Shown here piece by piece: positions 1 through 11,984 of a stretch of DNA of 64,000 nucleotides. Below the pieces are notes generated by a model, which was not told the DNA's origin, made no database searches, and saw only the letters and a program-made list of their open reading frames with translations. The DNA is from Phaeosaccion multiseriatum (Eukaryota; Protista; Ochrophyta, other classes). The DNA lies in the NCBI GenBank assembly GCA_965112735.1, contig OZ218957.1:496001-560000 (forward strand), in the 5' to 3' direction. Position numbers and translations under genes: made by a program. Each line of letters begins with the position of its first letter. Positions within the stretch are counted from its first letter, which is position 1.

Positions 1-60
1 ACCCTTGTTTGAAGGAGATGGGGTGAGGGCGTCGATCTTCCCCTTGTCACAGCCCGCGTG

Positions 61-99
<39 letters not shown>

Positions 100-248
100 G
101 GTTGTTGATCTCTTTCTTTGTTCCCATTTTTTTATTCTCTTTTGTATGATTGAAAACTGCGCCACTGCCACTCTGCCCCACCCCCCCCACGCACACACAC
201 CACACACACACACACACACACACGCACACACACACACACACACCACAG

Positions 249-3200
249 GCACTCAGTCGGTGATCGGCAGCAAGACGGAGGGCGCTCTGCTCGTCATGCT
301 GCAGCAACTTGACATGGACTACCTTCATCTGAGGCAGGCAGTGGAGCCGGGCAAAGTGTTCACCTTCAGCAGCGTCAGGAAACGGATGAGCACTTTGGTG
401 CCAATAGAAGGGTGAGGGAGAGAGGAAGAGGAGAGTGAGTGAGTGAGGGAGGGAGGGGAGACGGGGAGGGAGGGGAGACGTGGAGGGAGGGATGGAGGGA
501 GGAAGGAATGGAGGGAGGGAGGGAGGGAGGGAGGGGAGGGGAGGGAGGGTAGGGCGGGTGGGGAATGGAGAAGGAATGTGTTGCGGACGAGATGCCTGGC
601 CAGATAGATGGATAGATGGAGATAGACATCAGTTAGCTGACACTGCTGCACCTCCTCAATCAAACCATTGGTCCTCACCCCACACACCACCCACCCACCC
701 ACCCACCCACCCCCTTGACTGTATTCTGAAACTGACATATGCAACCTGATGAAACTGTGTTACCTGCATGCAGGGGGAGGAAGATCCGCGTGTACTGCAA
801 GGGAGCGGCGGAGATCGTGCTCGGTCTGTGCACACACGTGTTGGACACGAGCGGCAAGCCCAAGGTACGCTTCGTATCGTTTCGACCCCTGCCTCGCCAG
901 AGCTGTGCGGAACTATAACCAATCGTACCACACGCTCTCTCTCTCTCTTCCTCTCATCCTGTCTCCCCCCCCCCCCTCTCTCTCTCTTATCTCTCTCTTC
1001 TCTCTGTCTCTCTCTTTCTCCCTCTCTTCTCTCTTTCTCTCTCTCTCTCCCCTCTCCTGTCCACAGCCCATGTCTGACACAGACCGCGAGGAGCTTGACA
1101 GCACCATTCAGAGCTTCGCAGGGGATGCACTTAGGGCCATCGCCATTGCACATGTTGACATCCCCATGGTGGACAATCTAGAGGTATATAGGGAGGACAT
1201 GGGGGGTTGGGGTGTGGGTGGACAGTGGAGGCATATAGGGAGGACAGGGTGGACATTATAGAGGTGTATGGGGAGGACAAGATGGACAATCTGGAGGTAT
1301 ATATGGGGGGTGGGTGGGTGGACACTCTAGAGGTGTATGGGGAGGACAGGGTGGACACTCTAGAAGTGTATTGAGACGTTCAGACAAGCAGACTTGGAGA
1401 AGAGACGAAAAGTTCTTCTCATGCTCCCTCTCTCCCCTCTCTCCCTCCCTCCCTCCCTCCCTCCCTCCCTCCCTCCCTCCCTCCCTCCCTCCCTCCCTTC
1501 CTCCCTCACCACCAGTCCTTATCCGTGGAGGAGGTTGAAAAGAACATGTGCTTCGACGCCGTGGTGGGCATCAAAGACCCCCTCCGTAAGGACGTCAAGG
1601 AAGCCGTACGGCAGTGCCAGGCTGCGGGCATAATGGTCAGGATGGTGACAGGAGACAATGCCGCGACGGCAAGGGCCATTGCCAAGGAGTGCGGCATCTT
1701 GACGGAGGGAGGGCTGGCCATTGAAGGGCCGGAGTTTCGGAAAATGTCACCTCAGGCACTGGTGAGTGAGTTTGGAGTTTCAAGTTTTGAGTCGGAGTGT
1801 GAGTGTGAGTGTGAGGTTCAGTTTGAGTTTGGATGGAACCCCTCCCCCCCCCCCCTCTCTCTCTATCCTTCGCGTGTTGCCCATCAAACGCTGCCGCCCG
1901 CTTCCTGCCGGCCACTCACTGCCGTCTAGCTAAGAATTGCTATCACTGTCCGCTGCCATCTCTTTGCTGACTTACGAACAACATTCAGGACGAGGCGCTC
2001 CCCAAGCTGCAAGTGCTAGCCCGCAGCTCCCCCTCCGATAAGTACATCCTCGTGAGTCGCCTCAACGGCAACGCCCTCCCCACCAGCAGGGAGGAGTGGG
2101 AGGACAGCCATCCTGAGCTGGACTGGGAGGCCGACCGTCACGCTGCCTTACCCGGCTACCGAGAGGAATGGGCAGAGACTCGGCCGGACGGGGGAGAGGT
2201 GGTGGGAGCAACAGGAGACGGCACCAACGATGCCCCGGCGCTGAAGGTAAGGAGCTAGGACGGATTCTAGGACAGTTCTAGCCGACGGTTCTTGCTTCGT
2301 GAGGGTTAGTAGAGGGGTTGGTTCTCTACTCGGGAGTGTGGTTGGCCCAGCCTGGTCGCGTGTGGCGTGAATTAGTCAACTCTTTTGTGACACTTGCTTT
2401 ATACTCTACGTGTGTCGCTCTCTGTGAAGATTGCGTTCTTACCGTTCTGTTTTGACTTGTACTTCGTAGTATCATGTATTTACAGAGGATGGGAGGGAGG
2501 GAAGGAGGGACGGAGAGACGGAGGGACGGAGAGACGGAGGGAGGGAGAGAGAGAAGAGTCGAAAGAAGGCCAATACTTGTATACTACTTGTATATATTCA
2601 CCTCCACCGAAACCTCTTAAGTTCCCTCCTTCCCCCCCGTACTGCTTGGTGTCAGGTGGCTGACGTCGGCCTGTCCATGGGCCTCAGCGGCACGGATGTG
2701 GCCAAGGATGCCTCCGACATCGTCATCATGGACGACCGATTCTCCAGGTTAGTAAGTCCGTGGGTGGAGGGGTGGGGTTGTGCCGTGTTCCGTGGGTCTC
2801 CGTGTTGCTCCAAGAGAGTGAAGCGACGAGACGGTATTCACTCTCTTGAGTCGCCCCACCTCAAACTCAAACTTATCCCCCCTCCCCCTCTACGCTGTCC
2901 CTCTTGTTTTGGGCCCTCTGTCCTCCCCTGCTGTATCACCAACTTGTCAACTTGTCAGTATCGTCAAAGCGGTCCTGTGGGGCCGCAGTGTATTCGACAA
3001 TATCAGAAAGTTCCTCCAGGTGTGTGTGTGTGTGTGTATGTGTGTGTATGTGTGCGTGTGTGTATGTGTGTGTGTGAGAGAGTGGGTCTAGCTCTCTCTC
3101 TGTATGTGTGTGTATGTGTGCGTGTGTGTATGTGTTTGTGTGAGATAGTGGGTCTAGCTCTCTCTCTCTCTCAAAGTGTATGCTGGTCTTCCCCGCTGCA

Positions 3201-4326
3201 AGGAGACGCACGTAGGAGCATGAGCTCAATTGATTAAGCAACAACTCAATGAGCGTGTGTCAATACCAAGCATGAGTCCTGTTTTTGGCCGGCACACTTT
3301 GTCACCCGAACGGAGGAAGGAGCTGATCCCACAACCCCCACCCCTTGCCGTCCCTTCCCCCTCTCTCCCCCCCCCCTCTCCCCGGCTATCCGCGAGCAGT
3401 TCCAGCTGACGGTGAATGTGGTGGCCTTGACGCTGACCTTCCTGGGAGCCGTGTCTGGGTACGAGCCCCCTCTCAACGCAGTCATGATGGTGAGCGTTAC
3501 GCACATGCTTACGTATGCTTACTTACGCCAGCGACAGGAAGGACCCCTACATCCCCCGGGGGGAGTTTGATGTACTTCGTACCTCTGCTCACTCTCCTTT
3601 GGCAATCCCTCTCTCTCCCCTGCTCCTTTCCATCTAAACTCCATCCTTCCCCTCTCTCCCTCCCTCCATCCCTCCATCCCTCCCTCCCTCCCTCCCTCCC
3701 TCCCTCATTCCCCCCCTCCCCGCCCCGCCTCTCCCCTGCTCTTCCCCATCATGCAGCTGTGGGTAAATCTTATTATGGACACCATGGGTGCCCTTGCATT
3801 GGGTACCGAGTCTCCCACCGCCTCCCTCCTCCGACGGCGGCCGCTGAAGCGAAACGCCTCCCTTGTAGACCGTCTCATGTGGAGACACATTTTCGTGCAG
3901 TCCATCTACCAGTTGGTCCTCCTCACCTGGATGCTGTTGGCGGGGGCCAGTTTGTTTGGGGTGAAGGATGGGTCGCCTCAACACTTCACCATTGTGTTTA
4001 ACGTGTTTGTCTTTTGCCAAATCTTCAACGAGTTCAACGCCCGGTCCATCGGCAACAATTGGAACATTGTCCGTGGATTGTCGAGCAACCCAATGTTCCA
4101 GGGGGTCATTGTGTTCACGGTGCTCAGCCAGTACCTCATTGTACAGTTCGGAGGAGAGTTCACCCGCACCGTGCCCCTGACGGCTGAGCAGTGGCTCTTC
4201 TCCATCTTCATGGGCACCCTCACGCTTCCTCTCGGCGTGGTGATGCGGCTCATCCCCCCCCGTGGGCAGAACCTCAACAACTTTGCCGGATATAGTAAGT
4301 GTGTGTGTGCGTGTGTGTGTGTGTGC

Positions 4327-4358
<32 letters not shown>

Positions 4359-4625
4359 AAGTGTGTAAGTGTGTGTATGTGTGCGTGTGCGTGTGTGTGC
4401 GTGAATGTGTGCTCGTGTGTGAATGAGTCAGAAAAGCCGTTCAACTTGCAATCATACGGAATGTTGTACTTCTAGGGTGTGGGGTTTCTCGGTCGTCACT
4501 TCCACCAACCCTACCACAACCCCTAACACAACCCTCTCCTCGATTGCTCAACTCAAGCCTTTTGCTCCGGTCCCTTGCTGTCCCCCTCTCCTGCCCCCCT
4601 ATATCTGCTGCTACCCCGCCCAACT

Positions 4626-4681
<56 letters not shown>

Positions 4682-4936
4682 CTTTCTCTATCTACAGCCT
4701 TGGAGAATGGAAGCAACGGGACAGTGAACATGGCCGGAGCAGAGTCCCCAGAGGAGGGAGCAGAGGATAATGCTGGCCTCTTGTCCGCCCTCGCCACGCT
4801 CGCAGTTCCCCTCGCCATTGGGGCGTACTACATCCAGACTTACATGATGGAGGATGGAGGAGGAGGAGGAAGAGGAGCAACAGCAGAAGAGGCCGTAGAG
4901 GCGATCATGGAGCTTTTGTCCGAGGAGGCGGCTTAG
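249..4936 (+). CDS. ATP2B: P2B-type (PMCA-like) Ca2+-transporting ATPase, 3' part, multi-exon; 5' end lies outside the window
   Basis: Spliced exons (approx. 249-411, 773-864, 1067-1183, 1515-1761, 1989-2246, 2656-2747, 2959-3019, 3400-3489, 3757-4294, 4698-4936) give [116 protein letters not shown]. These are diagnostic P2B motifs, and the junctions are GT-AG. Confidence 0.96.
1168..1372 (+). repeat. ~33-bp intronic minisatellite derived from the exon end/5' splice site
   Basis: About 6 degenerate copies of GTGGACAATCTAGAG|GTATATAGGGAGGACA; the first copy is the true exon-intron junction. Confidence 0.85.
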
Positions 4937-5137
4937 CTCGGAGGGAGGAGTAAGCCCTCCGCTCGGCTCGCCTGTTTGCCCGGGTGGGTAGGCGGGTTGG
5001 GGTGGTGGGGTGGGTGGTGGTGTTGGGTGGGGTTGGTTTTGGGGGGTGGGACTGCGAGTCAGAAGGGGGAGGGGAGGGGAGGCGCCTATCCTCTCAGCTC
5101 TCACTCAGAGCAGAGCCCTTTATTGGAGAGGTATGTG

Positions 5138-5170
<33 letters not shown>

Positions 5171-6051
5171 AGGGAGAAAGGGAGGAGAGCTAGCCCAAGA
5201 CGGACATCGCGCACTTGCTTACTGCTGCACCACTCACACGCACGGTGGGCGGGCCGGCGGGGGGGGGGGGGGGAGGATATATAAGCGAAAGGAGACAAGT
5301 GTTCGACATGGCACCGAGCGAAGTGAAAAAGTTCCCACCACGCCCCCGCTGCCAAGTGAAAAATGACTGGTGAGTCTCTGTCTCAGTGCATTTGGCCGTT
5401 CGGTTTTCTGCTGCGCAGAGTGGCAGAGTGGCAGAGTAGATAACGATCGAGAGGCGGTGGCGTGGACGGAATCGTATGAGTCCATTTGAGGATCTCATGA
5501 CGCCATCAGACTCGCTGGAGCCGCCTCTTTGGACCCTTGTGGGGGGGGGGGCCCTGCCTGCCCCAAGGCTGCTACTTCTCCTCCATGTTGCTACTTCTCC
5601 TGCATGCTGCTGCTTCTCCTCCTCCTCCTGCTGCTGCTGCTGCTGCTGCCTCCTCCTTGGTCCTCCGCGTGGCCGTAGTGGCGGAGCGGGGGTGGGGCTG
5701 GGGGGGAGGGAGGGGAGAGGGGTGGAATCGCGGACTTTTGCTTGCTGGCGCCTCGCAGTCTCCTCCTTGGAGTCTGAGTAGATGAGACAGAGGGCGGGTG
5801 GAGAACATGAAGCAGCGAAGCACTTGGCACTTGGTGAGAACAAGCAGGTGCTGACAGGGAGGGATGACCTGCCTGTTGGAGCGAGCAGGGGGGAGCTCCA
5901 ATCAGCCTGCGTGCGTGGTCGATGCCTGCCTGTTTTAATTTTTAGTTAACTAAGTTAAAGAAGAAGAAGCGTCGTGGCACCCAGCTAGTAACTATGTGAT
6001 GAGCGCCGGCCCAAATTGAATCCAAATTTGGAATTCGCAGATAGATTTCGG

Positions 6052-6502
6052 CCCCGTGCACGCCTAGCGGCCTAGGCCTATTTTGGAAAATTGCCCGGCC
6101 TAGCGAGGGCCGTAGGCCTTCGGCCTATTTATAGGCCGCCTAGGCGGCGGCCTAGGCGGGGGCCGGAGGCCCGCGGCCTAGGGCAGACGCCAACTAGGCG
6201 CAGGTCCAGGGCGGGAATATGCTCATATGCCCCTGGGCTGGCCCGGAACCCGCCCAAGTGTCGTCAGTTTTAAGCAAATGTATTGCATGGGATAAGTGAG
6301 GAGTAGAATTGGTTCGTGTTGTCTCTTTCCGCCTCGCTGGCCCTACGAGGAGTGCAGGCCTACAGGTGTGCTGCTACCCACTGGCTGGGCGGCACCACGC
6401 ACGCGCCCACGGTCACTGGGAGGCTGTCTAGAGGCGGGCTATAGGCCGCCTAGGGCTGAAAAGTGAGCGGCCTAGAGCCAAAACCGCTAGGCGTGCACGG
6501 GG
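6052..6502. mobile_element. Non-autonomous DNA transposon (MITE-like), possibly hAT-type
   Basis: Perfect 19-bp terminal inverted repeats CCCCGTGCACGCCTAGCGG (6052-6070) / CCGCTAGGCGTGCACGGGG (6484-6502). An 8-bp direct repeat GATAGATT flanks it at 6040-6047 and 6503-6510 (left copy offset by 4 nt). Many subterminal GGCCTAG/CTAGGCC repeats; no transposase ORF. Confidence 0.8.
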
Positions 6503-7109
6503 GATAGATTGGGGATGATCGATATGGGGGTGGGGACCTGAAACTCAAACTTTCCCCCTACCCGCCCTCCTCTCTCTCCTCCTCTCCTTGCCTCTTTGCT
6601 TCCCTCCTCTTCCTTGATTGAACTCTGCATCCTTAGCTCCAGTCAGGTACATTATAATACCCCCCCCTCCTCACTTCCCCTTATTCTTTACTACGAAGTA
6701 TTTGCTTCGAGCAAACGGACACACAGTGGGGGGTGCTTGCGCAGCAAGGCGTGTGCCTCTACGACAATGGCGGCCGTGAGGAAGGTGGTGTCCCTGTCGG
6801 GAATCAAGGAAGGATGCAGATGGGAAGAGGCCATTGCCAAACCGGCAGACGGGCCACCCAAAGCACGGTTAGTGATGGAGGACAGCAAAAGCAAAGGGGA
6901 AGAGGTGGGGGTTATGGCGATGCGTGACGCGTGACTGGAGGCTGCTGACGCAATGCCCGCGAACTCGTCTTCCGGCTCATACACTGCACCGGAGCAAGCA
7001 TCAGCAACACCACAGCAACTACGGTTTTACTCTGATCATGAAGCCCCTCCGACCACCATTGCACGAATGTACACTCTTCTCCAGGCGGATCGCCTGGTCG
7101 GGGGGCCAA

Positions 7110-7975
7110 ATGACGAGCAACAAGGATGAAGCTCTTCTTAAATTTCTGCGGCGGAAGCAAGAGAAAGGCGATGCCCTCACGCCGGATCAGGTGAGCGGGG
7201 GTCTTCCTTCTGTGTATTCCTTCTTTCTTTCAGACACCGGGGCCTCCTCTTTGAAGAGTGTGCGGGATGTACCGGGGCCCTACATTACATGGCAAAAGAG
7301 GACAAAAGAGGGAGAGAAAGGATGCGAGACCAGTGGGGGTCGAAGAAGCTCAGAGAAGGGCAGAGAAGGGGGAGAAGAAACCCCCAGAGGTTGGGACCTT
7401 TTCCCTTGGGTCGCACGCTTTTCGTCGCCTGACCACCACTCCTCGCTTGCGCCTCTTCTCGCGTACGGCAGCTGGCGACTCTGGCTCGGGTAGCAGCGGG
7501 TCCGTCCGCTCCCCGAGCAGTAACAGCGGCAGCGCCGGCCGCCCTTTTGCAGAGGCTGGAGGCGAAGGTACAAGCCGTAGGGAAGGCCCCGGCGGGTGTT
7601 TTCGATGATGAAGAAGAAGAAGAAAGAGGAGGAGGAGGAGGAGGAGGAGGAGGAGGAGGGAGTCGCACGACCAGGAAGAGAGGGGGAAAGAATGGGGGGC
7701 GGCAACAACTTCAGCAGCAGCACCAATGGGGGGGGCAGGCACCCAAGAGCGGGCAGGTGAAGAGAGGCAGGGGGGGCTTCGGTGCCAAGGAGGTCCTGTG
7801 GGCGAAGGGAGGTGGAGGTAGCGCAAAGGGCAAGGCCAAGGGGAGGGGGGGGGGCGGGGTGGGTGCCAAGAAGGACCAGCGGAAAGGAGGAGGAGGAGGA
7901 GGAGGAGGAGGAGGAGGTGGGAAGACACACACTGTATCAGACGCCATAGACGCGGCCCTCCCCTCGGGGCGGTGA
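7110..7975 (+). CDS. Hypothetical Gly/Lys-rich protein, two exons (7110-7190, 7472-7975)
   Basis: MTSNKDEALLKFLRRKQEKGDALTPDQ|LATLARVAAG...; clean CAG|GTGAGC donor and GGCAG acceptor with frame preserved; no recognisable domain. Confidence 0.55.
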
Positions 7976-9727
7976 CAGGGCTGGGCTGGTTCCTGTGCTC
8001 GGGGGCAGCAAGGCTGGACCCCGATCTGGTGGTGCACTGTTCGCCCTGCCCTCCCCATCCAGTGCCATCTGGAGCAAGAATGTCAGATTCTTTGACTGCA
8101 GGAATAGACTGCAGTAGAAGGAGGAGGAGAAAAAGATGCGCGAGAGGCGGCAAGCGGCGGCGCAACTTGTGTGTGGAACGCTTCTTATATGTCAACAACG
8201 ATTGAACGACGCCAATAGCAGTCTTTACACATCACCACCACCACCACCACCACCACCCAGTGAGATCAACCACAGCATGCAGCAGCAGCAGCAGTTGGTA
8301 ATTCAGCAGCAGAGTGGGTGTGGTCTGCGTACAGAGCGTTGGCGGTAGCGCTTCTCCGAGGCTACGTACAGTAGTAGACTATGCGCCATATGCCTTCCAT
8401 ACGCGAGGGCGCAGACTTTGGCACGTGTCCACCTCCCTGGGACATTGCGCTGCACACCCGATTTTGCTTGCGCCTCTCTCTCGCACGTAGCTAAGCAAAG
8501 GGAGGCCCCAACGCGATGCGCTTTGCGTTGCATCTGGCTGGAGAGAGCCGACCCCGCGAGGGAGAGGGAGAGAAGCTTCGAAGGCGCCCCTGCCTGCTTC
8601 TCTGACGGGCCTCCCCCCTCCCCCTCCATCGCGCAGCAGCGCACACCCTTGTTCTCTGGTAAGTAGGTGGGCTTGGGTATCCTCCATTGTGGGCATCCGA
8701 GGCTTGAAGGCCCTGTCGGCCCCGGCTGAGGCACCAGGCACGCATGCCCAACCGCTGGCCACACGTTGGTACTTTCTTTTCGGTCGTGGTGGGTGGGTGG
8801 TGGTAATGGTGGTGATTCACACGGAGCTTGGCCAGTGGATATGGTCTTCCTTCGCACACACCCCTTTGGTGGGATGAAGCCTGCGACAGTACGGAGGCTC
8901 TTCTTCCAAAGTCGATGGTGAGGGAGGCTCTACTTTAGAAGTCGATGGTGAGGGCCGCTGTCCCCTCTCCTCAGCCTCTCTCCTCCTCGATTCTGTTTTG
9001 ATGGAGAGGCGCTTCCTCTTCCCCAGGGAAGGTTTTCAGTAGTCTTCAGTTTCAGTTGATGTGACCTTGTCACTATCGAACACCCAATGGGAAGGGTACA
9101 GCACAAGCCGCAACGGAAACCGTCTCGAGCGGCGCTGATGGTGTGGTGTGGTGTTGTGGGCGGGCGGCCCCCTCAGCAGACAAGGGGGGGGCGTCGTGCG
9201 AGCCACCAAACCGCTACTCACTGGCCGGCATGGTGAAGGAGGAGAGGAGGAAGAGGAGGAGAAGGGGCGGCTCTGCTGCGGTCCCTTGTTGCTCAGGTGC
9301 AGGTAACACCTAGACAAGTTGCGACAAGGCACCCACTCACCTCACGCGCTGGTGCTGCTGGCAGTTCCGGGGCTGGAGATGACGCGGTTCAGACTATATA
9401 TTTCATTAGGAGGGGCGCGAGACTTTCCCAGTTCCCAACAGAGTGCTGCTGTGTTGTTGTATTGTGGATTAGTTGTTCACAAATTGTGGACTAGTCTTTT
9501 ATCTTGCTTACTTCCTGTATGAGGGCCGTTTCTACACCTCTTTTATAAACAACTAGTCACGAAATCATGTAACTGTAAAGCCAACAGGGAGGTCGGGCCA
9601 AGACCCTTCTCCCCCTGGCTGTCTCTGTCTCTGGCGCAGGGTAGCTTCAGTGAGTGCTCCGCCTCCTCTCGTCAACGTCAGTCATCCTTCTCTCTGGAGA
9701 GGAGAGAAGTGCCATTTCAGAAGCCCC

Positions 9728-11984
9728 TCAGTTGCATTGGCCAGCCTGCCCAACGTTCTGTCCATACTGGCCTGTGTAGTTGCCGGGGCCATCGTAGTTG
9801 CACACTACCACGGTCGTCGTGCCAGACGTCTTCGTCGCGCAACCGAGTCGCAAAGAACCTTTCCATACGACCTGAGGGCGGGTGCGGAAGGACGTGCAGG
9901 TGGCGAGCGTGCGCGTGAGAGTGAGTGTGGGTGCGTGAGCTTCATCGTGTGGGTGAGTCACGTGCCTGTCCCTGACCTCATCCCCGAACATACACAAGCA
10001 GCGGCTGCCATCACACCCCACCCCACCTCACCATACCTCACCATACCTCACCATACCCACCTGTGTGAAATGCCCTGTCTCGAGGCTGAAGGGTCCGCAG
10101 CCCGCCCAGGGGGTCGTGGAGCAGAGTTCAACTTCGTCGTACCAAGCATTGGCCGACCAGGTCGCTACAGACATGACGTCGCTGCCGCCGGTGACCCTGG
10201 CAATATTCTCGCCGAAGCCAGTTCCCTGGCTGTGCTCGAATGCTCCAGTCGAGGCAAGGTAGTCAGCATGAACCTGCGCTGTCGCCTGGATATCCTCGCC
10301 CCTGTGGGTGGAGGAGAGGAGGACAGGGCAAGGAGGGATGGAGGCCGGCAACGGAGGATGGCGGTGCGTGAGTGAGAGAGTGAGTAACTGCCTCCAAGCA
10401 CATTTCCGCCAGCTCCTTGCGGTCCCTCACTACCACCGAAACTTCGGATCGAAGCTCCACTCACTCACTCACTCACTCACTCACTCACTCACTCACTCAC
10501 CATGTCATGGGGGGGGCGCAGTGCAGTGCCCTCTTCTCGTTGTGGAAGTCCAGGAGGTACTGGTGGACATCTGCGTAGGCAGAGAGGAGGGAGGGAGAGG
10601 AGAGAGTGAGGAGGGGCGGAGGGCACACCGTGCTCGACAGTAACCCCCACAACCAGGGTGTCAGCTTGTGAAGTGGTCTAATCATTGCCACGATGACAGG
10701 CGATTGTACTTAGTACTGGCAGTGGGAAGCATATGGACAGGGCACTGACCTGATTCAATAGGCGATGGTGGCGAGGGCGATGGTGGTGAAGGTGAAGGTG
10801 GCGAGGGGGAAGGCGAAGGCGACGTGACCTTTTGAAGCTTGGTGTTGTCCACGAAGAAGTCGATCTTGTCGCCCCCACCTTTGTTGTGTAGGAAAATGTT
10901 TGTTTTGTGACACAAAGAAGAGAAGGAGAGGCAGAGACGTAAGAGGTGTACTACAACATGGGGGGGGGCGGGGGGGAAGCAGCCAGGCGAGATTGCGTAG
11001 CATCGGAGTCTTCACAACCCGGCCATAGTGTATTCCTCTCAAAACTCCGTAGGTGCTTGCAAGACCGCTCCTCTCCTTTCTCTCTTTCTCCCTCGACTTA
11101 CCTTGAACGCCGATCTTGGTCCTGCGGGTGGCACCTGAAATGGTGACCTCCAACCAGCAGGTGGTCCACGACCCTGCCTGGGCCCCGCAAGCGTACCGGC
11201 CGTAGCTCTTTTTGTCCCCCCTGGCCTCCGAAATGGAGAGGATGACATCCCGGCCCTCTGTGCCCTCGGCCACCTGTCATGATATGATATGTAAGAAAAC
11301 GTGTGTTGTCGAGTATGTTAGAAGCAAAGTCAGTCAGTTGATGAATGATCAGCCTCGATCGATGATACACGATAGTGCGCACACTTGGTGGCCCCTTTCT
11401 TCTCTCTTTTGGTTCGCACGCACCTTGACCTTCACGGTGAACCTATATTTGTCGCCCAGGGTGAGGTTCTTGAATTGATATAGCTGCATGTGCCAAGACC
11501 TTCTCCCGGGCGTGCCGTTCCGGATGATGAAGCGAGCCTTGCCACCTCGCTTGGCGATGAGGCTCGTCCCCATCGATCTGTGAACCGATGTCTTCCACCC
11601 GGTCGTCAATTCCTGGGCGAAGTTTGGGTTTCCCAGGAGGTTTCTGCCCAAAGCGAGTCTTCGGTGGCCCAGCTCCCCGTGTCCCCCCTCTTCCCTTGCT
11701 GCCTCTTCCTGGACGACTGCGAGATGCGGCATTGTATCACGCCAGGACCCCTCCGCCTCGGCAATCTCCTCTGCCACCATGTTGGCGAGTACTTCGATGC
11801 GAGTACCGCCTGGCATGACGGCAATCGATGCGCCAAGTACCGTCCCCTGCGGCTCCTCCGCTCCATCAGGGGAGGAGCCAGCCGCTGCTGAGGCGGCAGT
11901 GGGAAGAAGGGCGAGCAGGCAGGACGTTGCAAAGAGCAGCGCCACCATCACAGCCATCGGGAGTCTCTCCTTCAAAAGTACCAT
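9728..11984 (-). CDS. Secreted CBM4/9-like + CAP (SCP/PR-1) domain protein, paralog A (6 exons)
   Basis: Exons 11984-11424, 11273-11102, 10878-10750, 10570-10501, 10301-10061, 9871-9728 splice in frame. They encode a signal peptide, HRRL, NLLGNPNF...WHMQLYQ...FFVDNTKL (CBM4/9-like), an SP-rich linker, and CAP motifs HNEKRALH, FEHS, GENIA, WYDEV, GHFTQVVW, LGCA, VVCNYDGPGNY. Confidence 0.9.

Noticed and set aside
5190-5901. Overlapping minus-strand ORFs downstream of the Ca-ATPase
   Set aside because: No recognisable domain or coherent splice model.
6767-6934. Short ORF MAAVRKVVSLSG... upstream of the hypothetical gene
   Set aside because: 55 aa, no homology recognised, no supported splice link.
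8000-9520. Several short ORFs and a 30-bp duplication near 8893-8956
   Set aside because: No recognisable protein or element termini; could be degraded sequence but cannot be supported.
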